This document shows positions 1 to 9,034 of a stretch of 64,000 nucleotides of DNA, one piece after another. A model generated the notes under the pieces. The model was not told where the DNA came from, ran no database searches, and worked only from the letters and a program-made list of their open reading frames with translations. Position 1 is the first letter of the stretch. The number at the start of each line of letters is the position of its first letter. Position numbers and translations under genes: made by a program. The DNA is taken from contig DASUXU010000128.1 of NCBI GenBank assembly GCA_036377735.1, forward strand, positions 1,851-65,850. The letters run 5' to 3'. Source of the DNA: Longimicrobiales bacterium. Its GTDB lineage: Bacteria; Gemmatimonadota; Gemmatimonadetes; Longimicrobiales; RSA9.

Positions 1-1173
1 CTCGACGAATGGGGCTGTGACGTCTTCCGGCTCGCCGCCCTCAATGCACTCGATGCAAAGGAGCACGGGGCCGACCTGTTCACGCACACGGAGGTCGTCG
101 AGCTGCTCCGCTCCGGCCGTGACGTCCGCGGTATACGCGCGCGCGATCTCATTGAAGGGCGGGAGTGGGATGTCGAGGCGCGGCTGGTCGTCAACGCCGG
201 CGGGCCGTGGGCCGACCGCGTCGCGGCAATGGGGGATGTTGCGGTGAAGATGCGCCCCGGCAAGGGCGTGCACGTCACGTTCGAGCGGCGCATCGGCAAC
301 TACGGGATGATCCTCGAGGGGAAGGACGGCCGCACCATGTTCCTGGTGCCGCACGGCGCCGAGACCATCGTCGGGACCACCGACGACGACTACTATGGCG
401 ATCCCTCAGCCGTAGACCTCGAGATCACGGCCGATGAGGTAGCCTACGTCATCGAGTCCGCCGCGCACGCCCTGCCGCAGACTCGCGAATGGCGCCCGCT
501 CCGGGCATGGGCCGGCGTACGCAACACCCTCTTCGAGTGGGGCGTCGATGCCGACGACCTCTCCCGCCGCCACGAGGTTCTCGACCACTCGAAGCGCGAC
601 GGCATCGGCGGCTTCATCTCCATCGTAGGCGGCAAGCTCGCCGCCTACCGGATCCAGTCCGAGGAGGCCGTCGACCACATCCTCGAACAGCTCGGCAGGC
701 CGCCGGCACTCTGCCGCACAGGCAGCGAGCCCCTGCCCGGCGCACAGGAACAGCCCGACTTCGGCGCGCTCGCCCGCGTCATCCAGCTCCCCCAGACCGC
801 ACTCGAACGGATCTGGCGACGGGTTGGCGGGCGCATCCTCGAGATCTTTCTCCATGCGACGGCGGACGAGCTCGCCCCGGTGTGCCGCGCCGAGGCGGTG
901 ACCCGCGCCGAAATCCGGTATGCCGTCCAGGTCGAGGGCTGCCGCACGCTCGAAGATCTCCGCCGCCACGTCCACATCGGCGCGGGCGGCTGTGACGGCA
1001 GTGACTGCGCGGCTCCTGCGGCCCACATCATGGCCGAGCTCCTCGACTGGCCCGCTGAACGCACCCGACGCGAGCTGGCCGACTTCCTCGACCACCGCTG
1101 GGCGAACCGCCGCCCCGTCCTCTACGGCGCCACCCTCGCCCAGGAAGAGCTCATCCGCGGCACGCTCGGCTGA
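1..1173 (+). CDS. glpA: FAD-dependent glycerol-3-phosphate dehydrogenase, 3' portion (5' end outside window)
   Basis: Frame 1 is open from base 1 to TGA 1171-1173. Motifs VNAGGPWAD, RPGKGVHV, FLVPHG..TIVGTTD and SIVGGKLAAYR are GlpA/GlpD-like. The Cys-containing tail (CRAEAVTRAEIRYAV...GAGGCDGSDC) resembles the BFD-type 2Fe-2S domain of anaerobic GlpA. The symbol is tentative (GlpA vs GlpD). Confidence 0.8.
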   Translation, partial: LDEWGCDVFRLAALNALDAKEHGADLFTHTEVVELLRSGRDVRGIRARDLIEGREWDVEARLVVNAGGPWADRVAAMGDVAVKMRPGKGVHVTFERRIGNYGMILEGKDGRTMFLVPHGAETIVGTTDDDYYGDPSAVDLEITADEVAYVIESAAHALPQTREWRPLRAWAGVRNTLFEWGVDADDLSRRHEVLDHSKRDGIGGFISIVGGKLAAYRIQSEEAVDHILEQLGRPPALCRTGSEPLPGAQEQPDFGALARVIQLPQTALERIWRRVGGRILEIFLHATADELAPVCRAEAVTRAEIRYAVQVEGCRTLEDLRRHVHIGAGGCDGSDCAAPAAHIMAELLDWPAERTRRELADFLDHRWANRRPVLYGATLAQEELIRGTLG

Positions 1174-1188
1174 CCCCCGTTCGTTGTT

Positions 1189-1329
1189 AGAGAAGAAAAA
1201 GAAACAGAATCAGTCACAGAGGACGGGGAGTGCGCCGGAGGACTGGGAGCACGAGCAACCTCCCCGTACTTCTCCTTCTCCTCCCCGTCCTCTGTGATTG
1301 AATCTGTTTTCCGTTGTTCTTTTTTTTCT
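1189..1329. repeat. Long imperfect inverted repeat in an AT-rich convergent spacer; bidirectional terminator or MITE-like hairpin
   Basis: A perfect 17-bp core TCACAGAGGACGGGGAG (1214-1230) pairs with CTCCCCGTCCTCTGTGA (1281-1297). The arms extend imperfectly outward to AGAGAAGAAAAAG (from 1189) and to a T8 run (1320-1327). Confidence 0.75.
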
Positions 1330-1344
1330 AATATCGGCCGGGAT

Positions 1345-1809
1345 TTAGCGGCCGGGTGGCGGGAAACCGCCGAGGAGGGGGACGGGGTCGTCGGGTCGGC
1401 CGTAGCGCCATACTTCGAAGTGGAGGTGCGGTCCGGTGGCGTTGCCGGTGCTGCCGACGTTGCCGATGACCTGTCCGCCGTCGACGCGCTCGCCCTGGCG
1501 GACGGCGATGCGGGAGAGGTGACCGTAGACGGTGCGGAGGTTGGCGCCGTGCTCGATGACGATGGCGAGGCCGTATCCGGTCATCTGTCCGGCCTGGATG
1601 ACGGTGCCGCGTTTCATCGCCTTTACGGGGGTTCCTTCGCGCGCGGCGACGTCGACGCCTTCGTGGATGTCCGGGCTCCAGCCGCGCATGCGGAAGCCGA
1701 AAGGCGAAGTCATGGTACCCGCAACCGGCCAGCGCGGAATGGAGCAGGCAGTGAGTGCGGCGGCGGCCGCGCAACAGACGAGGGATACGCGTCGGATTCG
1801 GCTCTTCAT
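1345..1809 (-). CDS. M23 family metallopeptidase (LytM domain), probable lipoprotein
   Basis: ORF 1345..1908(-). ATG 1809 gives the signal MKSRIRRVSLVCCAAAAALTAC. HEGVDV and GSTGNATGPHLHFEV are M23 zinc-site motifs. Confidence 0.85.
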   Translation of the reverse strand: MKSRIRRVSLVCCAAAAALTACSIPRWPVAGTMTSPFGFRMRGWSPDIHEGVDVAAREGTPVKAMKRGTVIQAGQMTGYGLAIVIEHGANLRTVYGHLSRIAVRQGERVDGGQVIGNVGSTGNATGPHLHFEVWRYGRPDDPVPLLGGFPPPGR

Positions 1810-1906
1810 GCGCGGAATGTAACATCGGGTTGCGGCAACGTGTCTATTCTTCGCAACTTGGGTGTGGCTCCGCATTGCGCGCAGCCGGTCGAAGGAAGGA
1901 ATTGAC

Positions 1907-2728
1907 ATGTCAGGTCATACAGCGAATGAGCCGCGCGGCACACGCCCGGGATTTCCGAAGCGTCCTGCGCTGGATGTAGATGCAATCGAGCAGATCCGTC
2001 AGGAGCAGGAAAAGGGCAAGGAGCGCGAGTTCGTGCGCTTCGGCTTCTACCAGATAGATCCGACATGGCGTCGCCTGACGCCGTCGGACCGTGCAGCGCA
2101 CAAGGAAGAGTTCATCGACGTCATCGAGAAGGCGGGCCGCCGCTCGATGGTCTACTCCTATTCAATGGTCGGCACGCGCGGCGACTGCGATTTCATGCTG
2201 TGGCAGGCGTCGCGTGAGTACGATCATCTGGAGCAGCTCGGCGGCGAGATCCTGCGCACCCGCCTGGGCGCCTATCTCACGCGGCCCTATTCATACTTCG
2301 CGCTCACCCGCCGCTCGATCTACGAGAATCGTTACGAGGAAGAATACCTGGCGAAGTACGGCGGTGACGCCGTTCTCGACCGCGCGCGCATCGCGATCAA
2401 TCCGCAGGGCTCGAAGTACGTGTTCGTCTATCCGTTCGTGAAGACCCGCGCGTGGTACGCGCTGTCCCATGAGGAGCGTCAGCGCCTGATGGACGAGCAC
2501 ATCCGGGTTGGCCATCAGTGGCCGGACGTGAAGCTGAATACGACGTACAGCTACGGGCTGGACGACCAGGAGTTCGTCGTTGCATTCGAGACGGACCATG
2601 TCTCGCGCTTCCTCGATCTTCTGATGGCGCTGCGGCTGACGGAAGCGAGCATGTATACGCTGCGCGACACACCGTCCTTCACGTGCGTCGCGCATTCGAT
2701 CAGTGAATGTCTGGACATGCTGGGATGA
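1907..2728 (+). CDS. hemQ: Chlorite dismutase-family coproheme decarboxylase (HemQ/ChdC-like)
   Basis: ORF 1862..2728(+). ATG 1907 is preceded by GAAGGAAGGA. FGFYQIDPTWRRL, YVFVYPFVKTRAWYALSHEER and EFVVAFETD are typical of HemQ/ChdC. Confidence 0.8.
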   Translation: MSGHTANEPRGTRPGFPKRPALDVDAIEQIRQEQEKGKEREFVRFGFYQIDPTWRRLTPSDRAAHKEEFIDVIEKAGRRSMVYSYSMVGTRGDCDFMLWQASREYDHLEQLGGEILRTRLGAYLTRPYSYFALTRRSIYENRYEEEYLAKYGGDAVLDRARIAINPQGSKYVFVYPFVKTRAWYALSHEERQRLMDEHIRVGHQWPDVKLNTTYSYGLDDQEFVVAFETDHVSRFLDLLMALRLTEASMYTLRDTPSFTCVAHSISECLDMLG

Positions 2729-2732
2729 TGCA

Positions 2733-4481
2733 ATGAGCACGGCCGATCAGGAGATGGAGGGGGGCGGCAGCCGGCGGCGTGGCCGCGGCGCGGGCGGCGT
2801 GCGGATGCGCCCGGTACCCAAGGGGCGGCAGGTGGACGCGGCCGCGCTCGCGGATGTGGAGTCCGTCACCGCGGATCTTGCACGTCGGCCTGACCTCCTG
2901 ATCGAGCACCTGCACCGGATACAGGACCGCTTTGGTCATGTATCGGTCGCCCACATGGCAGCACTCGCGCAGATTCTCGACCTCGCGCAGACGGAAGTCT
3001 ACGAGGTTGCGACGTTCTATCATCATTTCGACGTCGTGCGTCCGGGCAGTGCACCGCCGCCGCCGCTGACGATCCGTGTCTGCGAATCCATCTCGTGTCA
3101 TCTCGCCGGGGCCAACCGCCTGCTGGCCGAACTTGCAGATCGCCACACCAACGTGCGCGTGATTGCCGCACCGTGCGTCGGCCGCTGCGAGCATGCGCCG
3201 GTTGCCGTCGTCGGACGCAATCCGGTTCATGCCGCGACGGTAGCGTCCGTCGAGGAGGCTGTTCTCGCCGACCAGGTCGAGCCGCCCCCCGCGGAGTACG
3301 AGGCATACGACGCCTACCGCTGGGCCGGCGGATACACAGTCCTGACCGACTGTGTCGAGGACCGCCGTGATGTCGACGACATTATCGCGGCCGTCGAGGC
3401 TGCCACGCTGCGCGGTCTCGGCGGCGCCGGCTTCCCGACGGCGAGGAAGTGGAAGTTCGTCCGCAGTGAGCGGAAGCCGCGCGTGCTCGCGATCAACGCC
3501 GATGAGGGCGAGCCCGGCACCTTCAAGGACCGTTACTGTCTCGAGCGCGACCCGCATCGCGTCATCGAGGGTGCACTGATCGCCGCGTGGATTGTCGAAG
3601 CCGACGATGTCTTCATTTACCTCCGCGACGAATACGCGGGCATCCGCGAGATCCTGACGCGCGAGATCGCGGCGCTGGAGGCGGACCCGCCGTGCCGGCT
3701 GCCGCGCATCCATCTCCGGCGTGGGGCAGGCGCGTACATCTGCGGCGAGGAGACCGCACTGATCGAGTCGATCGAAGGCAAGCGCGGCGAGCCACGGCTG
3801 CGTCCGCCGTTTCCTGCGAATGCCGGGGTGTTCGGTCTGCCGACACTCGTCCAGAACGTGGAGACCGCATACTGGCTGCGGTCGATCCTCGAGGACCGCC
3901 TCAACCGGTTCGGCCATGAAGGCCGCAACGGCAGAACCGGTCAGCGTCTGTTCTCCGTGAGCGGCCGCGTGCAGAACCCGGGCGTGTATGCGGCACCCAA
4001 CGGTATTACCGTGCGACAGCTCGTGGACGAGTTTGCCGGCGGCATGCTGCCCGGTCATGAGCTGTACGCGTACCTGCCCGGCGGTGCCTCCGGCGGCATT
4101 CTGCCCGCCAGCCTCGCGGACATCCCACTCGACTTCGAAATCCTCGCGCAGTACGGCTGCTTCATCGGCTCCGCCGCGATCGTGATCCTGTCGCAGCATG
4201 ACAGTGCGCGGGATGCGGCGCACAACCTGATGCACTTCTTCGCACACGAGTCCTGTGGCAAGTGCACCCCGTGCCGGAGCGGTACTGCGAAGTCGGTCGA
4301 GCTGATGAGGACGAACCGGTGGAACCTGCCGCTGTTGAACGACCTGGCGCAGGTCATGACGGACGCATCGATCTGCGGCCTGGGGCAGGCCGCTCCGAAT
4401 CCGATGAAGAGCGTAGTCCGGTTCTTCCCGCATGAGCTGGAAGGCATTGAGTCACACAACAGCGGAGGGCTGCAGCCGTGA
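2733..4481 (+). CDS. fdsB: NAD-linked formate dehydrogenase beta subunit with fused gamma (NuoE-like plus NuoF-like)
   Basis: ORF 2703..4481(+). ATG 2733 lies just after the hemQ stop. It has a NuoE-like 2Fe-2S part (CESISCH...CVGRCEHAP) followed by a NuoF-like part (LRGLGGAGFPTARKW, NADEGEPGTFKDR, ESCGKCTPCR). Confidence 0.8.
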   Translation: MSTADQEMEGGGSRRRGRGAGGVRMRPVPKGRQVDAAALADVESVTADLARRPDLLIEHLHRIQDRFGHVSVAHMAALAQILDLAQTEVYEVATFYHHFDVVRPGSAPPPPLTIRVCESISCHLAGANRLLAELADRHTNVRVIAAPCVGRCEHAPVAVVGRNPVHAATVASVEEAVLADQVEPPPAEYEAYDAYRWAGGYTVLTDCVEDRRDVDDIIAAVEAATLRGLGGAGFPTARKWKFVRSERKPRVLAINADEGEPGTFKDRYCLERDPHRVIEGALIAAWIVEADDVFIYLRDEYAGIREILTREIAALEADPPCRLPRIHLRRGAGAYICGEETALIESIEGKRGEPRLRPPFPANAGVFGLPTLVQNVETAYWLRSILEDRLNRFGHEGRNGRTGQRLFSVSGRVQNPGVYAAPNGITVRQLVDEFAGGMLPGHELYAYLPGGASGGILPASLADIPLDFEILAQYGCFIGSAAIVILSQHDSARDAAHNLMHFFAHESCGKCTPCRSGTAKSVELMRTNRWNLPLLNDLAQVMTDASICGLGQAAPNPMKSVVRFFPHELEGIESHNSGGLQP

Positions 4482-7417
4482 GCGGCAAGGACGGCGAAAG
4501 CACGAGCGCTCCGCTGCGCGCGGGCACGAACCCGCTGTTCGAGCAGGGCAGCGAATCGAACGTCGCACTGCTCGAGTCACGCCTCGGCTACAGGCCGAAG
4601 AGGGGCGATGAGCACGTAGAGTTCACGCTGAACGGAACCGCGTGCCTCGCGCTGCCGGGCGAGACGATTCTGCAGGCCGCCGAGCGTTACGGCACGTCGA
4701 TCCCGCATCTGTGCTACACGGAGGGAATGCGGCCGGACGGCAACTGCCGCGCGTGCATGGTCGAGATCGCTGGCGAGCGCGTGCTCGCGCCGTCCTGCTG
4801 CCGTCATCCCACGACCGGCATGGACGTGAAGACGAACAGCGACCGCGCAGTTGCGTCCCAGAAGCTCGTGCTCGAGCTGCTGCTTGCAGACGCACCGCAG
4901 TCCCCGGCGTACGACCCGGACTCCGAGCTCAGCTACTGGGCGACGAAGCTCAACATAGGCATTCCTCGCTTCACACCGCGCGACCAGCCGTCGCAGGATT
5001 TCTCGCATCCCGCGATCGAGGTTCGCCTCGATGCGTGCATCCAGTGCACGCGCTGCGTCCGGGCGTGCCGCGAGGTGCAGGTCAATGACGTGATCGGCTA
5101 CGCCGGCCGCGGCAGTGACGCGATGATCGTGTTCGACCAGGCGGATCCCATGGGCGAGAGCACGTGCGTCGCGTGCGGCGAATGCGTCCAGGCCTGTCCG
5201 ACCGGTGCGCTCCTGCCGAAGGTGCCCGCACCGGCGAAGACGGTGCAGCGCGATCTGCCGCTCGCGAAGACCGACTCGCTCTGCCCGTATTGCGGCGTCG
5301 GCTGTCAGACCGAGTTCCACGTCGCAGACAATCATATCGTGAAGGTGGAGGGCCGGCAGGGTCCGGCGAACCAGGGTCGGCTGTGCGTGAAAGGCCGGTT
5401 CGGCTTCGACTACGTGCATCACCCGCAGCGGCTGATGAAGCCGCTGATCCGCCGGCCCAGTGTGCCGAAGGACCCGAACAACCTGCTCGATCCTGCGAAC
5501 CCGCTTGCGGCCTTCCGCGAAGCGACATGGGAGGAGGCGCTCGCCGTCGCTGCAAACGGGCTGCGCACGATCCGCGATACCTATGGCCCGAAAGCACTCG
5601 CGGGGTTCGGCTCGGCAAAGGGCAGCAACGAGGAAGCATACCTGTTCCAGAAGCTGGTGCGCACCGGCTTCCGCACGAACAACGTCGACCACTGCACACG
5701 CCTGTGTCACGCGTCGTCGGTCGCTGCACTGATGGAGAACGTCGCGTCCGGCGCGGTCTCCAATCCCGTCAGCGACGTGCAATACGCCGACTGCTTCATC
5801 ATCATCGGCTCCAACCCCACCGTGAATCACCCGGTGGCCGCGACGTTCATGAAGAACGCGATCGAGCGCGGCGCGAAGCTGATCCTGATGGATCCACGCC
5901 GTACGGAGCTCGCACGGCTGGCGACACACATGCTGCAGTTCAAGCCCGACACGGACGTCGCACTGCTGAACGCGATGATGCACGTCATCATCGAGGAGGG
6001 CCTGACGGACGAGGCGTTCATCCGGGACCGCACCGCCGGGTTCGACCATCTCGAGCGCACACTGCGCGCGTACAGCCCCGAAGCGATGCAGTATGTGGTG
6101 GGGGTTCCCGCCGACGAGATCCGCGCCGCGGCGCGTCTCTACGCGACGTCGAAGAACTCGATGATCTTCTGGGGAATGGGCATCTCGCAGCACGTGCACG
6201 GCACGGACAACGCGCGCTGCCTCATCTCGCTCGCACTGATGACCGGCCAGATCGGGCGACGTGGCACCGGCCTGCATCCGCTGCGCGGCCAGAACAACGT
6301 GCAGGGCGCGTCCGACGTCGGACTCATCCCGATGTTCTATCCGGACTACCAGTCCGTCACGGACCCGGGCGTGCGCGCTTTCTTCGAGAAGCTCTGGGGC
6401 ACGAAGCTCGATCCTGAACGCGGACTGACCGTTGTCGAGATCATGCACGAGGCGAAGAAGAAGAACATCCGCGGCATGTACATCATGGGCGAGAACCCCG
6501 CGATGTCCGACCCGGACGTGCAGCACGCGCGCGAAGCCATGGCATCCCTCGACTGGCTCGTCGTCCAGGACCTCTTCCTCACGGAGACGGCCGCACTCGC
6601 GGACGTGATTCTTCCGGCATCGGCTTTCCCGGAGAAGACCGGCACGTTCACGAATACGGACCGGCGCGTGCAGCTCGGTCGGCAGGCGCTGCAGCTCCCG
6701 GGTGATACACGACAGGACCTGTGGATCATCCAGGAGATTGCGCGCCGCATCGGCTGCTCCTGGAGCTATGGCGGGCCGGCGGACGTCTGGAACGAGATCC
6801 GGAAGGCCGTGCCGAGCTGCGCCGGCATCACGTGGGAACGCCTCGAGCGCGAGAGTGCGGTCACGTACCCCTGCGTAAAGGAGGGCGACCCCGGCGACGA
6901 GGTCATCTTCACCGACCGCTTCCCGACCGCCGACGGCCGGGGCCGATTCGCGCCGGCGGAGTTCATGCCGGCGGACGAGGTACCTGACGACGAATACCCG
7001 TTCGTCCTCCTGACCGGCCGGCTGCTCGAGCACTGGCACACCGGCTCCATGACCCGGCGGTCGGAGGTGCTGGATGCGATCGAGCCCGTTGCCATGGTGA
7101 GCGTGAACCCGGTGGATATCACGCTGCTGGGCCTGGATGGTGCCGAAACGCTGACCCTGGAGACCCGGCGTGGTGCGATCTCGGCGTACGTCCGCCGGGA
7201 CCCGGGGATCCCGCGCGGAGCGGTGTTCATGCCGTTCTGCTACGTGGAGGCGGCCGCGAACATCCTGACGAACCCGGTGCTGGACCCGTACGGCAAGATT
7301 CCGGAGTTCAAGTACTGCGCGGTGCGTGTGACGGCGGGTGAGGATCCGGGCGCGGCGGGCTACGGATCGGCGTCGGAGGCCGGCGCGGTTATATTGACGG
7401 GTCCCGAACCCGTGTGA
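4478..7417 (+). CDS. fdsA: Formate dehydrogenase alpha subunit (Mo-bisPGD, NuoG-like N-terminus)
   Basis: GTG 4478 overlaps the fdsB stop (GTGA). It carries a 2Fe-2S motif (CYTEGMRPDGNCRACMVE), ferredoxin motifs (CIQCTRCVRAC, CVACGECVQACP), CPYCGVGC, HCTRLCHASSV with a TGT Cys codon, and RGQNNVQGA. Confidence 0.85.
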   Translation: MSGKDGESTSAPLRAGTNPLFEQGSESNVALLESRLGYRPKRGDEHVEFTLNGTACLALPGETILQAAERYGTSIPHLCYTEGMRPDGNCRACMVEIAGERVLAPSCCRHPTTGMDVKTNSDRAVASQKLVLELLLADAPQSPAYDPDSELSYWATKLNIGIPRFTPRDQPSQDFSHPAIEVRLDACIQCTRCVRACREVQVNDVIGYAGRGSDAMIVFDQADPMGESTCVACGECVQACPTGALLPKVPAPAKTVQRDLPLAKTDSLCPYCGVGCQTEFHVADNHIVKVEGRQGPANQGRLCVKGRFGFDYVHHPQRLMKPLIRRPSVPKDPNNLLDPANPLAAFREATWEEALAVAANGLRTIRDTYGPKALAGFGSAKGSNEEAYLFQKLVRTGFRTNNVDHCTRLCHASSVAALMENVASGAVSNPVSDVQYADCFIIIGSNPTVNHPVAATFMKNAIERGAKLILMDPRRTELARLATHMLQFKPDTDVALLNAMMHVIIEEGLTDEAFIRDRTAGFDHLERTLRAYSPEAMQYVVGVPADEIRAAARLYATSKNSMIFWGMGISQHVHGTDNARCLISLALMTGQIGRRGTGLHPLRGQNNVQGASDVGLIPMFYPDYQSVTDPGVRAFFEKLWGTKLDPERGLTVVEIMHEAKKKNIRGMYIMGENPAMSDPDVQHAREAMASLDWLVVQDLFLTETAALADVILPASAFPEKTGTFTNTDRRVQLGRQALQLPGDTRQDLWIIQEIARRIGCSWSYGGPADVWNEIRKAVPSCAGITWERLERESAVTYPCVKEGDPGDEVIFTDRFPTADGRGRFAPAEFMPADEVPDDEYPFVLLTGRLLEHWHTGSMTRRSEVLDAIEPVAMVSVNPVDITLLGLDGAETLTLETRRGAISAYVRRDPGIPRGAVFMPFCYVEAAANILTNPVLDPYGKIPEFKYCAVRVTAGEDPGAAGYGSASEAGAVILTGPEPV

Positions 7418-8388
7418 GAGTGAATTCGATGATCGCGCAGGAACCGCTGGCGCCCGTGCCGGCGGCTGATATGACGACAGTGCCGGTCGCCGGGGCTGGA
7501 GACAGTGCGGGTGCCCGGCCGCAGGCCCGCAGCCTGCCGGCGGCATACCTGGAGCTGACAAAGCCCGGCATCGTCCGGATGGTGCTGATTACCGCGGCGG
7601 CCGGCTACGTCATGGCGAGCGGCTCCGTGATCGCGATTCCAGGTCTGCTCCACGCGCTGTTCGGGATGGCGCTGGTTGCGGCCGGCTCGTGCGGCCTGAA
7701 TCAGTGGCTGGAATGGCGTATCGACGCGGGCATGCGCCGTACGGCGGACCGCCCGATCCCGACCGGCCAGATCACACCTGGTCGTGCCCTCGCCTTCTCC
7801 GCCGGCATCTCCCTGGTGGGTCTCGTCCATCTCGCGGTCTTCGTGAACGCGCTGACCATGTGCCTGGTCGCGCTTTCACTGGTGACCTATGTGGCGGTTT
7901 ATACGCCGCTCAAGCGGGTCACGTGGCATAACACCGTCATCGGCGCGATCCCCGGCGCACTCCCGATTCTTGCCGGCTGGACAGCGGCCGAGGGTCCATT
8001 CGATGCGCGCGGCCTCGCCCTCTTCGCCATCCTCTTCCTCTGGCAGATGCCGCACTTCTTCGCACTGGCGTGGATGTACCGGAAGGACTACCGCGACGCG
8101 GGCTTCCGGATGATCACGGACAATGATCCGGCTGGTGTGCGAACGAGCCGCTACATGGTGGGATACGGCATCGCTCTGCTGGTAGTGAGCCTGATCCCCG
8201 CCGAGGTGGGACTGGTGGGCGCAGGATACGCTGCCGCCGCGGCGTTTCTGGGTTCGGGCTTCCTCGCCTTCATGCTCGTTCTGGCCGCGTCTCCTTCCGA
8301 TGCGCGTGCCGTTCGCGTCTTCCTCGGCTCGATCGTGTATCTGCCGCTGCTGCTGCTGGTAATGGTGGCTGACAAACTTCTCGCTTGA
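7414..8388 (+). CDS. ctaB: Protoheme IX farnesyltransferase (heme O synthase)
   Basis: ORF 7414..8388(+). GTG 7414 overlaps the fdsA stop; ATG 7429 is an alternative start. LELTKPGIV, NQWLEWRIDAGMRRTADRPIPTG and FLWQMPHFFALAW are UbiA/CtaB motifs. Confidence 0.85.
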   Translation: MRVNSMIAQEPLAPVPAADMTTVPVAGAGDSAGARPQARSLPAAYLELTKPGIVRMVLITAAAGYVMASGSVIAIPGLLHALFGMALVAAGSCGLNQWLEWRIDAGMRRTADRPIPTGQITPGRALAFSAGISLVGLVHLAVFVNALTMCLVALSLVTYVAVYTPLKRVTWHNTVIGAIPGALPILAGWTAAEGPFDARGLALFAILFLWQMPHFFALAWMYRKDYRDAGFRMITDNDPAGVRTSRYMVGYGIALLVVSLIPAEVGLVGAGYAAAAAFLGSGFLAFMLVLAASPSDARAVRVFLGSIVYLPLLLLVMVADKLLA

Positions 8389-8462
8389 TCCTTGCAGGGC
8401 AGGCACGCGGTTTTCGGCCGCGCGGCTGAACAGTCCAGAATCGTGTGTGGAGGTGGACGGGT

Positions 8463-8999
8463 ATGGATCACAAGCATTCCGTCGTCCGTGAAGGTCTGAT
8501 TGCCGGCGCCGCGGGGGCGGCGGCGGTAGCTGCGTGGTTCCTGGTTCTCGATCTGTTCCAGGGCCGAATGTTCTTCACGCCCGGCGCGCTGGGCTCGATC
8601 TTCTTCCTGGGCGCGCGCAGTGTCGAGGATGTGCAGATCACGATCGGCACGGTTGCGGGCTACACCGTGCTGCACCTGGCGGCATTCGCGCTGGTGGGCT
8701 TCGTTGCATCCTGGATCTTCAACTGGGCTGACGAGGAGCCGCGCGTGGTGCTCGGTCTCGGCGTGCTGCTGGTCGTGAGCGAGGTCTTCGTGCTCGGCAT
8801 GATGATGATCGGCGCGAGCTGGCTGCTGGACGAAGTGCCGATCTGGGCGGTTCTGATCTCGAACGCGCTCGGCATGATCGCAGTCGGCGCGTACCTCTGG
8901 CGGACGCACCCCGCAATGCGGACGAATGTGCGGGATTCCGGCCTCGAGGAGATCGACGTCGGCGGGGCGACTGTCCAGCGCGGGCCGCCGGCGCGCTGA
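8463..8999 (+). CDS. Hypothetical integral membrane protein (about 4 TM helices)
   Basis: ORF 8445..8999(+), with ATG 8463 (MDHKHS). It has four long hydrophobic segments and GC-rich third codon positions. No family was recognised. Confidence 0.6.
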   Translation: MDHKHSVVREGLIAGAAGAAAVAAWFLVLDLFQGRMFFTPGALGSIFFLGARSVEDVQITIGTVAGYTVLHLAAFALVGFVASWIFNWADEEPRVVLGLGVLLVVSEVFVLGMMMIGASWLLDEVPIWAVLISNALGMIAVGAYLWRTHPAMRTNVRDSGLEEIDVGGATVQRGPPAR

Positions 9000-9012
9000 A
9001 CAGACGGGGGAA

Positions 9013-9034
9013 CCGCCGGCTAACGCGCCGGCGG
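9013..9034. terminator. GC hairpin shared by convergent genes
   Basis: CCGCCGGC (9013-9020) pairs with GCCGGCGG (9027-9034) across a 6-nt loop. The loop contains the stop codon (9020-9022) of the minus-strand peptidase gene. There is no clear U-tract. Confidence 0.4.

Noticed and set aside
2700-4433. 577-aa minus-strand ORF antisense to fdsB
   Set aside because: It is a shadow ORF. The composition is Arg-rich and it has no family signature, whereas the opposite strand encodes NuoE/NuoF motifs.
5695-5715. Possible selenocysteine (TGA) at the formate dehydrogenase active site
   Set aside because: The active-site residue in HCTRLCHASSV is encoded by TGT (Cys). There is no in-frame TGA and no SECIS-like hairpin is needed.
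4577-7561. 994-aa ORF on the minus strand antisense to fdsA
   Set aside because: It is Arg/Ala/Gly/His-rich low-complexity translation with no recognisable motifs. This is a typical shadow ORF of a GC-rich gene, and the plus-strand frame carries clear formate dehydrogenase motifs.
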